64,000 bases of DNA, taken from NCBI GenBank assembly GCA_943370125.1, contig CALRPR020000008.1:3826-67825 (forward strand). Direction: 5' to 3'. Of the stretch, positions 55,237 to 64,000 are shown one piece after another. The translations under genes and the position numbers were made by a program. How positions within the stretch are numbered: position 1 is the first letter of the stretch; each line of letters begins with the position of its first letter. This DNA is from Bosea thiooxidans. Lineage in GTDB: Bacteria; Pseudomonadota; Alphaproteobacteria; Acetobacterales; Acetobacteraceae. A model generated the notes under the pieces. It was given only the letters and a program-made list of their open reading frames with translations. It had not been told where the DNA came from and made no database searches.

Positions 55237-56733
55237 ATGACCGAACCCTGTGACCTGACCGCCGTTGAAGCGCGCCGCCTGATCGGGCAGCGCAAGCTTT
55301 CCCCGGTGGAATTGCTGGAAAGCTGCCTGAAGCGCATCGGCGAAGTGAACCATGCGGTGAATGCCGTGGTGGCTTTGGACGAGGACCGCGCCCGCGCTGC
55401 GGCGAAGGAAGCCGAAGCCGCCGTGATGCGCGGCGATGAATTGGGCCCGCTGCATGGTCTGCCAATCGGCATCAAGGATCTGGAAGAAACCGAAGGGCTG
55501 CGCACCACCTATGGCAGCCCGATCTTTCGCGATTTCATCCCCGATGCGGATTGCGGCATGGTCGCCAATCTGCGCGACAATGGCGCCATCATCACCGGCA
55601 AGACGAATACGCCGGAATTCGGCGCGGGGGCGAATACCCGCAACGCTGTCTATGGCGTTACCGGCAATCCCTTTGATCCAATGAAATCCGCGGCTGGGTC
55701 TTCGGGCGGTTCGGGCGTGGCGCTGGCCACCAATATGTTCCCGATCTGCTCGGGTTCCGACACGGGTGGTTCGCTGCGCAACCCCGCTGCCTTCAATGGC
55801 ATTGTGGGCTATCGGCCATCGCCCGGACTGGTGCCCTCCGAAAAGCGCGCCCATGGCTGGTCCGGCCTGCCGGTGCTCGGGCCCATGGCGCGCAATGTGC
55901 CGGATGTCTGCTTGCTGCTATCGGCCATGGCATCCGATGATGGGCGCGATCCGTTGGCCTACACGCTGCATGATGGCTATGTGCGGGAAGAACCGAGCCT
56001 TTACTTCCCCGTGCCGCGCTATGATTTGGCCAGTCTGCGCTTGGCGTTCAGCCCGGATTTCGGCATGGCGCCCACCGAAAACCATATCCGCGAGATCTTC
56101 GCCGACCGTGCTGGCGCCATAGCGCCTATGTTTGGCGCGGCGGAAGCCGCACACCCTGATTGCACTGGCGGTGATCAGGCGTTTGAGGTGCTGCGCGCGG
56201 CGGGCTTCCTGACATCCCACCTTGAGAAATGCTGCACGCGCCCGCAGGATGTTGGGCCCAATGTGCGCGCCAATGTCGAAGAAGGGCTGCGCTATAGCCT
56301 GGATGATTACGCCCGCGCGGCAGCAGCGCAGACCAAGATGTACCGCGCCTGGCAGGGGTTTTTCGCCGCGCATGATGTGCTGATCACGCCGGCAATCACG
56401 ATCTCCCCCCGGCCGTGGAAGGAGTTGTTTCCCGCCGAGATTGATGGCAAGCCGACACGGACATACTTCCACTGGCTGGCGCTGGCCTATTACCCGACGC
56501 TTTGTGGGCATCCGGCGATTTCCATCCCGATGGGGTTGGACCGGAACGGCATGCCCTTTGGCTTGCAGGTGGTAGGGCCGCGCGGCGGGGATAGGCTGGT
56601 GCTGGGTGTCGCGGCGGCGATTGAGGAAGCCTTTGCAGGTGATGCGGCCCGCTGCCGCCCGGTGCCGGATTTGGCGAAGCTGAAGGCCGCGAAGCCGGTG
56701 AAGGAAATGCCGGGCGCGGTGGGGTGGGATTGA
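55237..56733 (+). CDS. Amidase signature family protein
   Basis: GPLHGLPIGIKD, GKTNTPEFG, GSSGGSGVALA, GSDTGGSLRNPA. Confidence 0.92.
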   Translation: MTEPCDLTAVEARRLIGQRKLSPVELLESCLKRIGEVNHAVNAVVALDEDRARAAAKEAEAAVMRGDELGPLHGLPIGIKDLEETEGLRTTYGSPIFRDFIPDADCGMVANLRDNGAIITGKTNTPEFGAGANTRNAVYGVTGNPFDPMKSAAGSSGGSGVALATNMFPICSGSDTGGSLRNPAAFNGIVGYRPSPGLVPSEKRAHGWSGLPVLGPMARNVPDVCLLLSAMASDDGRDPLAYTLHDGYVREEPSLYFPVPRYDLASLRLAFSPDFGMAPTENHIREIFADRAGAIAPMFGAAEAAHPDCTGGDQAFEVLRAAGFLTSHLEKCCTRPQDVGPNVRANVEEGLRYSLDDYARAAAAQTKMYRAWQGFFAAHDVLITPAITISPRPWKELFPAEIDGKPTRTYFHWLALAYYPTLCGHPAISIPMGLDRNGMPFGLQVVGPRGGDRLVLGVAAAIEEAFAGDAARCRPVPDLAKLKAAKPVKEMPGAVGWD

Positions 56734-56892
56734 CAGAGTTGGTTTCGAGATCGCGTGTGCGGCACAAATGAAGGGACACATCAGTTTTGAGACCTCATTG
56801 GCCTCGAAACCTTAAAGACACAACGATTTTTGGCGGCCCGCGAGCCTCGATACAGGCCCGAATTTTCTCCTGGCCTTAGAGTAGGTTCGAGG

Positions 56893-56908
56893 CAAGTGAA
56901 ATCACTTG
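56893..56908. promoter_or_regulatory. Perfect palindrome CAAGTGA-AA-TCACTTG upstream of ompA (putative operator)
   Basis: 7-bp inverted repeat with 2-nt spacer, about 210 bp upstream of the ompA ATG, next to an AT-rich stretch. Confidence 0.3.
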
Positions 56909-57119
56909 GCGACTCGGGACATACGATTAACTAAAGAATAATTGTTTTATGGAAAATATTATTGGTCTGGGGATGGTGTAGAACTCTTCCCAAAAGAACA
57001 GGCAAGATGACATGAGCCTCCCCTGGAGAGGGCGGAAGGACATAACGGAAAAACCTTTCGCCGGGGCACAAGCCATGTTACTAACTTGAAGGAACTGACA
57101 AATTCTAGGGCGCGTCTTC

Positions 57120-58181
57120 ATGTTCAAATCGTTTCGGGAGCTTCTCCTGGCTTCGTCGTTTGCCTTGGTGGCCGGGGCCGCGTCGGCGCAAACCCTGCAA
57201 GGATTTTACCTTGGCGGTGGCGTTGGTGTTTCAGATGTAAATCTTACTGAGGGGGCGCTCGGCGGGCAGACTTACGAACAGACATGGGGCCTTGGGGCAA
57301 TCGGCCTTTTGAGCTTGGGCTACGGCTTCGGAAATGGGTTGCGTGCCGAAATTGAAGGTTCTTATCGCGGATATGAGTCCGAAACCGCGAAACTTGGTGG
57401 CCAAAGCGCATCATCCAGTGGTCGTTCTAACGCTTACGCGATTTTCGCGAATCTCATATATGACCTCGATTTGCGATTTTTGGGCATGGATACCACAGCG
57501 GTAGTTCCATACTTCGGTGGAGGTCTTGGTTATGCGATTTGGTCCTGGGACAACGTGCGGATGAGCAAAAGTGGCTCAACGTTTGCGGTTGACGACTCTG
57601 ATGGCCTGCCCGCTTACCAAGTTATAGCAGGTTTTGCTTTCCCTATAGCTTCGGTGCCTGGACTTTTGGTGACCGCTGGATATCGTTATTACAACGAGTT
57701 TGGCGACCCAGAGTTGAAGGCGGGCAGCACCGTTGGTGGCGTAACCACATCAAGTTCCTTCAAAATTGGCAATTCGAACCACAATTTCTTGGTGGGACTG
57801 CGCTATGCCTTCAATGCCGCGCCGGTCGTTGCCGCTCCGGCGCCGGTTGCCGCCGCGCACAGCTTCCTGGTGCTCTTTGACTGGAGCAAGGCCGACCTTA
57901 CCGATCGTGCGCGCCAGGTCATCGGTGAAGCAGCCTCGGCGCGTAGCGCAGGCGTTACCCGCATTGAAGTGAATGGCTTTACCGACCGTTCCGGCCCGGC
58001 TGACTACAATATGCAGATGTCCATCCGTCGCGCCAATGCGGTGGCCGCTGAGCTCGTGCGTCGTGGTGTGCCTCGAAACGAAATCGTGACGCGTGGCTTC
58101 GGCGAGGAAAACAACCTTGTCCCCACAGCCGATGGCGTGCGTGAACCGCAGAACCGTCGCGTGGAAATCATCCTCAACTAG
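57120..58181 (+). CDS. ompA: OmpA-family outer membrane protein (N-terminal beta-barrel, C-terminal peptidoglycan-binding domain)
   Basis: Signal peptide, YLGGGVG, GLRAEIEGSYR, PYFGGGLG, GLRYAF, Pro/Ala linker, FDWSKADL, GFTDRSG, NMQMSIRRA, GFGE, EPQNRRVEI. Confidence 0.93.
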   Translation: MFKSFRELLLASSFALVAGAASAQTLQGFYLGGGVGVSDVNLTEGALGGQTYEQTWGLGAIGLLSLGYGFGNGLRAEIEGSYRGYESETAKLGGQSASSSGRSNAYAIFANLIYDLDLRFLGMDTTAVVPYFGGGLGYAIWSWDNVRMSKSGSTFAVDDSDGLPAYQVIAGFAFPIASVPGLLVTAGYRYYNEFGDPELKAGSTVGGVTTSSSFKIGNSNHNFLVGLRYAFNAAPVVAAPAPVAAAHSFLVLFDWSKADLTDRARQVIGEAASARSAGVTRIEVNGFTDRSGPADYNMQMSIRRANAVAAELVRRGVPRNEIVTRGFGEENNLVPTADGVREPQNRRVEIILN

Positions 58182-58199
58182 GGTCAAAAACGCCTGATG

Positions 58200-58237
58200 A
58201 AGGCCGCCGGCTCCGGAATGGGCGGCGGCCTTTTTTT
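58200..58237 (+). terminator. Rho-independent terminator of ompA
   Basis: AAGGCCGCCG / CGGCGGCCTT stem followed by a T run, 19 nt after the stop. Confidence 0.85.
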
Positions 58238-58289
58238 ATGGGGATGGATGGCTTGTCAGGGGCGCATCGGTCGGCCATTGCGCTTTGCC

Positions 58290-59408
58290 ATGCGGCCTTT
58301 GCTCATCGGATCAGAAATCTATCGCGGTTCCACCTATGGGCCGAAGCATCCGCTGGCCATTCCGCGGGTTTCCACCACGCTTGATCTGATCAGTGCCCTC
58401 GGTTGGGTGACGCCCGAGCAATATCATGAAAGCCCGCGCGCGGCCCCGGAAGAATTGCAGCGCTTCCATAGTGCCGACTACATCGCGGCCCTGATGCGCG
58501 CTGAAGAAACCCAAACCGTGAGCGCCGAGGATCGGGAGCGTTTCCGCATCGGTGCCGATGGTAACCCAGTCTACCGCGAAGTGTTTCGCCGCCCCGCCAC
58601 CAGCGCGGGGGGTGTGCTGCTGGCGGTAAAACTCACCGCATCAGGCGGGGTTGTGCATGTGCCAGGTGGTGGCACGCATCATGGCCGGGCGGATCGTGCT
58701 TCCGGCTTTTGTTATGTGAATGATGCGGTGCTTGGGCTGCTCGCGTGGCGCGACCAGGGGCTGTCACCCCTGCTTTATGTGGATATTGACGCCCATCACG
58801 GTGACGGCGTGCAGGATGCCTTCCATGACGACCCGCATGTCTTCACGCTTTCAGTGCATGAGGATGGGCGCTGGCCTTTCTCCGGCGGCATTGGCGATAG
58901 GGCAGGGGGCCATGCGGCAAATATCCCAGTACCCGCCGGCTTCAATGACAGTGAAATGGCCTGGGTGCTGCATGAAGCCATCCTCCCCATTGCCCGGCGC
59001 CTGCGTCCTGCCGCCATCATGCTACAATGCGGCGCCGATGCGTTGGAGGAAGACCCGCTGTCGCGTCTTGCGCTTTCCAACAACGCCCATCGCGCCGTCG
59101 TCGCCGCGCTGATGGACTTGGCGCCCCGGCTGATTGTGCTGGGTGGTGGCGGCTATAATCCCTGGAGTGTGGCGCGCTGCTGGGCCGGCGTTTGGGGCGC
59201 GCTCAATGGCCATGCCCTACCCGAAAGCCTGCCGGCGCCAGCGGAAGCCGTGCTGCGGGGCCTGAATTACCACCGCGCCGCCGGCCGCAACCCGCCGGAG
59301 CATTGGTTCACCACGCTTGCCGATCCGCCCCGCCCTGGCGTGGTGCGCGCCGTGGTGCGCCGTGCGGGGGCAGCCGCGCTTGAGGCACCTCCCGGTCCCG
59401 TGTCATGA
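58290..59408 (+). CDS. acuC: Acetoin utilization protein AcuC / histone deacetylase family
   Basis: HPLAIPRV, GGGTHHG, SGFCYVND, YVDIDAHHGDGVQ, SVHE, QCGADAL, GGGGY; ATG 58290. Confidence 0.9.
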   Translation: MRPLLIGSEIYRGSTYGPKHPLAIPRVSTTLDLISALGWVTPEQYHESPRAAPEELQRFHSADYIAALMRAEETQTVSAEDRERFRIGADGNPVYREVFRRPATSAGGVLLAVKLTASGGVVHVPGGGTHHGRADRASGFCYVNDAVLGLLAWRDQGLSPLLYVDIDAHHGDGVQDAFHDDPHVFTLSVHEDGRWPFSGGIGDRAGGHAANIPVPAGFNDSEMAWVLHEAILPIARRLRPAAIMLQCGADALEEDPLSRLALSNNAHRAVVAALMDLAPRLIVLGGGGYNPWSVARCWAGVWGALNGHALPESLPAPAEAVLRGLNYHRAAGRNPPEHWFTTLADPPRPGVVRAVVRRAGAAALEAPPGPVS

Positions 59409-59905
59409 AGCCCCTTATGCAAAGACGTTCCCTGTTGGCGCTTGGCGCCCTGCTGCCGCTGGTCGCCCCCTGGGCCGCCCTGGCGCAACCGGGGGTGGAT
59501 CGCCCTCAGCCGCGCCTGCCGACCGAATCTTTGGTGTTTGAAACCCGCGACGGCAGGCGGCTTGCCTTCACGGTGGAGATGGCCATTCAGCCCGAACAGC
59601 AAATGATCGGCCTGATGTTCCGCCCTGAAGTAAAGCCGGATGAGGGCATGCTGTTCGATTGGGGCGCCCCGCGCGAAAGTTCCATGTGGATGCGCAATAC
59701 CATCACATCGCTCGATATGGTGTTCATCGCCGCCGATGGGCGGGTGCATCGGATTGCGGAGCGCACGGTGCCCCATTCGCTGGCGACTGTTTCCAGCAAT
59801 GGCCCGGTGCGCGCCACGCTGGAATTGGCCGCCGGCACGGCGGAGCGGCTGAATATCCGTGTTGGTGATCGCGTGCTGCAGCGGATATTTGGCTCTGCGC
59901 CCTAA
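59405..59905 (+). CDS. DUF192-domain exported protein
   Basis: RR leader, GLMFR, GMLF, WMRNT, LDMVFI, TLELAAG, GDRV. Confidence 0.88.
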   Translation: MKPLMQRRSLLALGALLPLVAPWAALAQPGVDRPQPRLPTESLVFETRDGRRLAFTVEMAIQPEQQMIGLMFRPEVKPDEGMLFDWGAPRESSMWMRNTITSLDMVFIAADGRVHRIAERTVPHSLATVSSNGPVRATLELAAGTAERLNIRVGDRVLQRIFGSAP

Positions 59906-59934
59906 AAGCAGGGTAGAGCAAGCTGGATCAAGCT

Positions 59935-60297
59935 TCAGCCCTGAGCCCCCGCCCAGACCTGCAGGCGCGGCCGGATGCGGAGAAAGCCGCGATAGGCGTG
60001 TTCCAGCAACCACAGTAAGGGCGGGAAGCGCGCGGCCTGGCCAAGCGGGCTCAGCAGAGGAATGGCGCGCCACATGGCAGCGAAGGCCGCCGCGCCATGC
60101 AGCAAAGGGCCATCCGCTTCGCGCGCATGAAAGCGCGCCAGCAGCAGCGCGGGATCAATCGGGCAGGCCGCGCCCTCAGCGCCGATATCAACGAAGTCGA
60201 TCGCGCCCTGCCGATCCAGCCGGCGCATCAATGCGATTTCGCGCAGGCAAAGCGGGCAGGCGCCATCGAACCAGACAGTAAGCTGGGCAGGAGTCAT
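59935..60297 (-). CDS. DCC-family (DUF393) thiol-disulfide oxidoreductase-like protein
   Basis: FDGACPLCLRE, GAAAF. Confidence 0.85.
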   Translation of the reverse strand: MTPAQLTVWFDGACPLCLREIALMRRLDRQGAIDFVDIGAEGAACPIDPALLLARFHAREADGPLLHGAAAFAAMWRAIPLLSPLGQAARFPPLLWLLEHAYRGFLRIRPRLQVWAGAQG

Positions 60298-60346
60298 GCC
60301 TTCCAGGTAATGCGCCTGGATGCGCAGGCAAGGTTATTCGGGAAAG

Positions 60347-61444
60347 CTACAAGAGTGCCCCGATAATCCGCCCGCCCGTCAACGGGCGGGGCGCGCCGGT
60401 GGTGCCAGGGAAGCTGAGTGGCAGGCCGCGCGCCACACGGGCGGCCAAAACGCCGAAAGCCTGGGCTTCCAGCGCATCGCCATCCCAACCCGCGACTTCC
60501 ACTGGCCGGACCGGTTCTTCCAGCGCGCCGCCGAGTGCCTTCATCAGCGCAGGGTTGCGCCGCCCGCCGCCCGCGACCAGCCATTGCAGCGGCGGTTCCG
60601 GGAAATGCCGCGCGGCGGCGGCGACGCAAACTGCGCAAAACGCAACCAAAGTGGCCGCGCCATCCGCGGCGGAAAGGCTGCCCGCCCCGGCCTCTCGCAA
60701 GGCACGATCAAAATCCAGCCTATCGAGCGATTTCGGCGGTGGCGCAGCCAGGTAGGGATGCGCCATCAACCGCCCCAGCACTGCGCCATCCGCCTGGCCT
60801 GCCAAAGCGAGTTTGCCTGCGGCGTCATAATCCTTGCCGGTATGCTGGCGCGCCCAATCATCCAAAGGCCCATTGGCCGGCCCGGTATCAAAGGCCAGCA
60901 TTTCCCCATCCGGCCCAAGCCACGTCACGTTGCCAACCCCGCCCAGGTTCAGAATGGCCAGCGGCTTCGGCAAAGGGGCGGCCAGCGCGCGGTGGAATAC
61001 CGGCACCAAAGGCGCGCCCTGGCCGCCGGCGGCGACATCGGCGCTGCGGAAATCATAGGCAACACTCATGCCCGTGCGGCGCGCCAGCAGCGCGGCATCG
61101 CCGATCTGCCAGGTGAAGGGGGTGCCCGTACGCCCCGGAGCGGCGGGACGATGCAGGATGGTCTGGCCATGAAAGCCGACCAAATCTGCCGGCAGGCCGA
61201 TAGCCTCCACAGCTTCCGCATGGCGCTCAGTCAGGCGGCGCGTCGCGTCCAGCAAAGCGGGGTCATCAGGCGTCAGGCTTTCGGCGCGGTCCAAAAGGGC
61301 GCGCAGCGCGCGGCGCAAGGCGGGGTCATAGGGCAGGGTCTGGCGTGGGCCGAAGCGCGCAATCACCTCCCCATCTGTTTCCAGATAGGCTGCATCCACG
61401 CCATCCAATGACGTGCCACTCATAAGGCCGATGGTTCTCAGCAT
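60347..61444 (-). CDS. anmK: Anhydro-N-acetylmuramic acid kinase
   Basis: GLMSGTSLDGVD, GFHGQTILH, DFRSADVAAGGQGAPL, LNLGGVGN, FDTGPAN, PPKSLDR, GGGRRN, EAQAF. Confidence 0.95.
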   Translation of the reverse strand: MLRTIGLMSGTSLDGVDAAYLETDGEVIARFGPRQTLPYDPALRRALRALLDRAESLTPDDPALLDATRRLTERHAEAVEAIGLPADLVGFHGQTILHRPAAPGRTGTPFTWQIGDAALLARRTGMSVAYDFRSADVAAGGQGAPLVPVFHRALAAPLPKPLAILNLGGVGNVTWLGPDGEMLAFDTGPANGPLDDWARQHTGKDYDAAGKLALAGQADGAVLGRLMAHPYLAAPPPKSLDRLDFDRALREAGAGSLSAADGAATLVAFCAVCVAAAARHFPEPPLQWLVAGGGRRNPALMKALGGALEEPVRPVEVAGWDGDALEAQAFGVLAARVARGLPLSFPGTTGAPRPLTGGRIIGALL

Positions 61445-61522
61445 GATGGGGACGTGCTACCCCTGCCCGCTTGTCGGTGGAAGCCCCCGGCAGCGTTGAG
61501 TTTCGAGAAACCGGATAGCATC

Positions 61523-62758
61523 ATGAACAGCGCGCGAAGCGATTTCCTGCATGTGGCGCGGGAACGCGGCTATATTCACCAAACCACCGAAGAAGGCGCC
61601 TTTCTGGCGCGGCTGCAGGCTGGGCCCTTGGCGGGCTATATCGGCTTTGATGCGACCGCGGACAGCCTGCATGTGGGGTCCTTGGTGCAGATCATGCTGC
61701 TGCGGCTGATGCAGCGCACCGGGAATCGCCCGGTGGTGCTGATGGGCGGCGGCACAACGAAAGTGGGCGACCCATCCTTCCGGGATGAGGCGCGGCCCTT
61801 GCTTTCCGATGCGCAGATCGAAACAAACAAGGCGGGCATTCGGAAGGTCTTCGACGCCTTCCTGAGTTTTGGTGATGGCCCGACGGATGCCATCATGCTC
61901 GATAACGCGGAATGGCTTGATAAGCTGCTTTATATTCCCTTTCTGCGTGATGTCGGGCGGCATTTCAGCGTCAATCGCATGCTGACCATGGAAAGCGTCA
62001 AGCAAAGGCTGGAACGCGATCAGCCGCTGACGTTTCTTGAATTCAACTACATGCTCCTTCAGGCCTATGACTTCCTGGAATTGCGCCGCCGCCATGGTGT
62101 GGTGCTGCAAATGGGCGGGTCCGATCAATGGGGCAATATCGTCATGGGGACAGACCTGATCCGGCGCATGGATCAGGCGGAAGCCTTTGGCCTGACGACG
62201 CCTTTGATCACCACCGCATCAGGTGCGAAAATGGGCAAGACAGCGAAGGGCGCTGTTTGGCTCAATGCCGATCGCGTTTCGCCTTATGATTACTGGCAAT
62301 TCTGGCGCAATACGGAAGATGCCGATGTGGCGCGTTTCATGGGGCTGTTCACTGAAATGCCCATGACTGAAATCGCCCGCTACGCCGCGCTGCAAGGCGC
62401 TGAGGTGAATGAGGCGAAGAAGGCCCTTGCCACCGAAGCCTGCGCTTTGCTGCATGGCCGCCAGGCTGCGGAAGCGGCGGCCGAGACAGCGCGCAAAGCC
62501 TTTGAAGAAGGGCTGAATGCGGCAAGCCTTCCCACCGTGGTTTCAGCCCTGCCGGTCAGCATTATTGACGTACTGGTGGAACACAAGTTGGTGCCGAGCA
62601 AAGGGGAAGCGCGGCGCCTGATCGCCAATGGCGGGATTTATGCCAATAATGAACCCATTGCCGCGATTGATCGCGTACTGGCCGAAGCGGATTTGCAGGA
62701 TGGCGTTATCAGGCTTTCCATCGGCAAGAAGCGCCATGTTTTGCTGAAGCCGGAATGA
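61523..62758 (+). CDS. tyrS: Tyrosine--tRNA ligase
   Basis: YIGFDATADSLHVGS, GGGTTKVGDPS, FNYMLLQAYD, GGSDQWGNI, KMGKT, YWQFWRN, S4 domain SIGKK. Confidence 0.97.
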   Translation: MNSARSDFLHVARERGYIHQTTEEGAFLARLQAGPLAGYIGFDATADSLHVGSLVQIMLLRLMQRTGNRPVVLMGGGTTKVGDPSFRDEARPLLSDAQIETNKAGIRKVFDAFLSFGDGPTDAIMLDNAEWLDKLLYIPFLRDVGRHFSVNRMLTMESVKQRLERDQPLTFLEFNYMLLQAYDFLELRRRHGVVLQMGGSDQWGNIVMGTDLIRRMDQAEAFGLTTPLITTASGAKMGKTAKGAVWLNADRVSPYDYWQFWRNTEDADVARFMGLFTEMPMTEIARYAALQGAEVNEAKKALATEACALLHGRQAAEAAAETARKAFEEGLNAASLPTVVSALPVSIIDVLVEHKLVPSKGEARRLIANGGIYANNEPIAAIDRVLAEADLQDGVIRLSIGKKRHVLLKPE

Positions 62759-62770
62759 ACATAAGGCGGC

Positions 62771-63979
62771 TTACCCCGCCTTCACCCACAACTCCGGCTG
62801 CAATTCTTCCTTCCGGTTCGGGAACAGCATGGCGCAGGCAAGTGTCACGCAGGCAACCGCGCCCAGCACCAGCATGGAAAGTGCCAGTGATCCTGTCGCT
62901 TCATGCAAGAAGCCAATCAAGGGTGAGGCAATGGCCGCGCCCAAAAAGCCTACCGTGAAGCGAATGGAATAAAGCTTTGCGCGCAGGGCGGGGGCGACAT
63001 AACGCGCGGTCATTGTCTCATTCACCGTGACCTGGCCGAAGATGCAGGCAGCAACCAGCCCCGCCACCGGCAGCACCACCCAGCCATCCAGAAAGGCCAG
63101 CGCAAAAAGCCCGGGCACCACCAGCACCGCCAGCGGCATGAAGACGGTTTTGAGCGTGTGCCGGTCAATCATGCGCCCCACGCTGAATTGTGCGACCCCG
63201 CCGCAAATCGTTGCCAGGAAGGAAAGCAGGCCCACAATCGGCAGCAATTCCGGGCTGCCGGCCAGGCGTTCCTGCATCAGCTTCGGGATCAGCAGCGTAT
63301 AGGCGTTGAACACCAAGCCCGAGACAGTGGCGATGGCGAGCAGAATAATCACCGCGCGGCGGACCAAGGCAGGCGGGATCTCAGGAAAAGGCTTGCCGCC
63401 CGCCTGGATGCGTTCCGAATCAAAGGGCGGTTCGCGCCAGTAGAAGAACCCCGCAATGATGCAGGCGATACCGGGGATAATGAAGGCCCAGCGCCAGCCG
63501 ACATCGGCGGCGATGAAGGCGGTCAGCACGGGCGCGGTTGCTACGCCCAAATTGCCGAAAACACCATTGATCCCCATGGCGCGGCCGACTTTCTCGCCGG
63601 CGGCTTCCACCAGAATGGCTGTGCCGATCGGGTGATAAATCGCCACAAAGGCCCCCATGGCGCCAAGGGTGATCGCAAGCGTCATGGGTGATGGCGCAAA
63701 GCCCGCCGCCACCATGAAGGCACCGGAGCCCATGAAGAAGGCCACCATCAGAAAGCGCCGCCCAAAGCGATCCGCAAGCCATCCCATGGGCAGGGCGCAA
63801 ATTCCATAAATCACGAACATGGTGGTGCCGAGAGCGAGGATGGGCCCGTAATCCCCACCGAAAATCCCGGCATCCTGCTGCATCATGGCGAGCACGGCGG
63901 TCGCCAGGATCAGCAGGCTGTAATGGGTAAAACTATGCGCGGCATTGATCAGAACTACCTGTCGACGTGCCGCATCCAT
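62771..63979 (-). CDS. MFS transporter
   Basis: GWLADRFGRR, IYHPIG, about 12 hydrophobic segments. Confidence 0.88.
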   Translation of the reverse strand: MDAARRQVVLINAAHSFTHYSLLILATAVLAMMQQDAGIFGGDYGPILALGTTMFVIYGICALPMGWLADRFGRRFLMVAFFMGSGAFMVAAGFAPSPMTLAITLGAMGAFVAIYHPIGTAILVEAAGEKVGRAMGINGVFGNLGVATAPVLTAFIAADVGWRWAFIIPGIACIIAGFFYWREPPFDSERIQAGGKPFPEIPPALVRRAVIILLAIATVSGLVFNAYTLLIPKLMQERLAGSPELLPIVGLLSFLATICGGVAQFSVGRMIDRHTLKTVFMPLAVLVVPGLFALAFLDGWVVLPVAGLVAACIFGQVTVNETMTARYVAPALRAKLYSIRFTVGFLGAAIASPLIGFLHEATGSLALSMLVLGAVACVTLACAMLFPNRKEELQPELWVKAG

Positions 63980-64000
63980 GCGCCTATCCCCCAAGCTATC

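Noticed and set aside
56784-56793. GTTTTGAGAC resembling the start of a type II CRISPR repeat
   Set aside because: Single occurrence, no regularly spaced repeats, no cas genes. I saw no CRISPR array anywhere in the window.
56881-56892. tRNA remnant suggested by GGTTCGA
   Set aside because: No cloverleaf, D-arm or acceptor stem can be formed.
56927-56941. CtrA-like box TTAA-N7-ATAA upstream of ompA
   Set aside because: Imperfect match within an AT-rich stretch where such matches arise by chance.
60303-60319. RNase P RNA-like hairpin CCAGGTAATGCGCCTGG
   Set aside because: The gap is only about 50 bp and lacks the GAGGAAAGTCC and other universal RNase P segments.

Overview
High-GC (about 60-65% on sampled lines), gene-dense chromosomal segment. 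Gene content (Bug/TctC and TRAP binding proteins, hprK-rapZ-EIIA-HPr-EI cluster, barrel+OmpA protein) suggests an alphaproteobacterium, probably Roseomonas-like Acetobacteraceae (inference). About 60 CDS are supported. They include the tungstate ABC transporter tupBCA; an orphan, non-canonical soxYZ pair with a YeeE/YedE sulfur transporter and a LysE exporter; and a roughly 17 kb catabolic region (two XenA/YqjM-like ene-reductases, GST, two PuuE-like hydrolases, hydantoinase/oxoprolinase A+B, TRAP transporter, orphan Mo-hydroxylase large subunit, HCCA-isomerase-like protein, CoA transferase). Further on are manC, a 1504-aa DUF4011-SF1 helicase-Vsr-like (Hhe-type anti-phage) protein, azlCD, the PTS/RapZ cluster, a type II FMO, a second orphan Mo-hydroxylase subunit, a TPR-glycosyltransferase, amidases, gpt, csaA, ggt, ompA, acuC, anmK and tyrS. 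I saw no rRNA, tRNA, CRISPR array, IS or prophage. Best leads: (1) the Hhe-like protein has intact helicase motifs but an apparently degenerate nuclease domain and is preceded by an unlisted 53-aa two-helix hydrophobic ORF; (2) the SoxY has a GGCLS arm and no other sox genes in the window; (3) ompA is a GC mosaic whose promoter and surface barrel look swapped; (4) a multi-hairpin ncRNA candidate near 22.1-22.4 kb; (5) an unassigned cyclic-amide/N-heterocycle catabolic pathway. All calls rest on motif recognition by eye; no searches were run.
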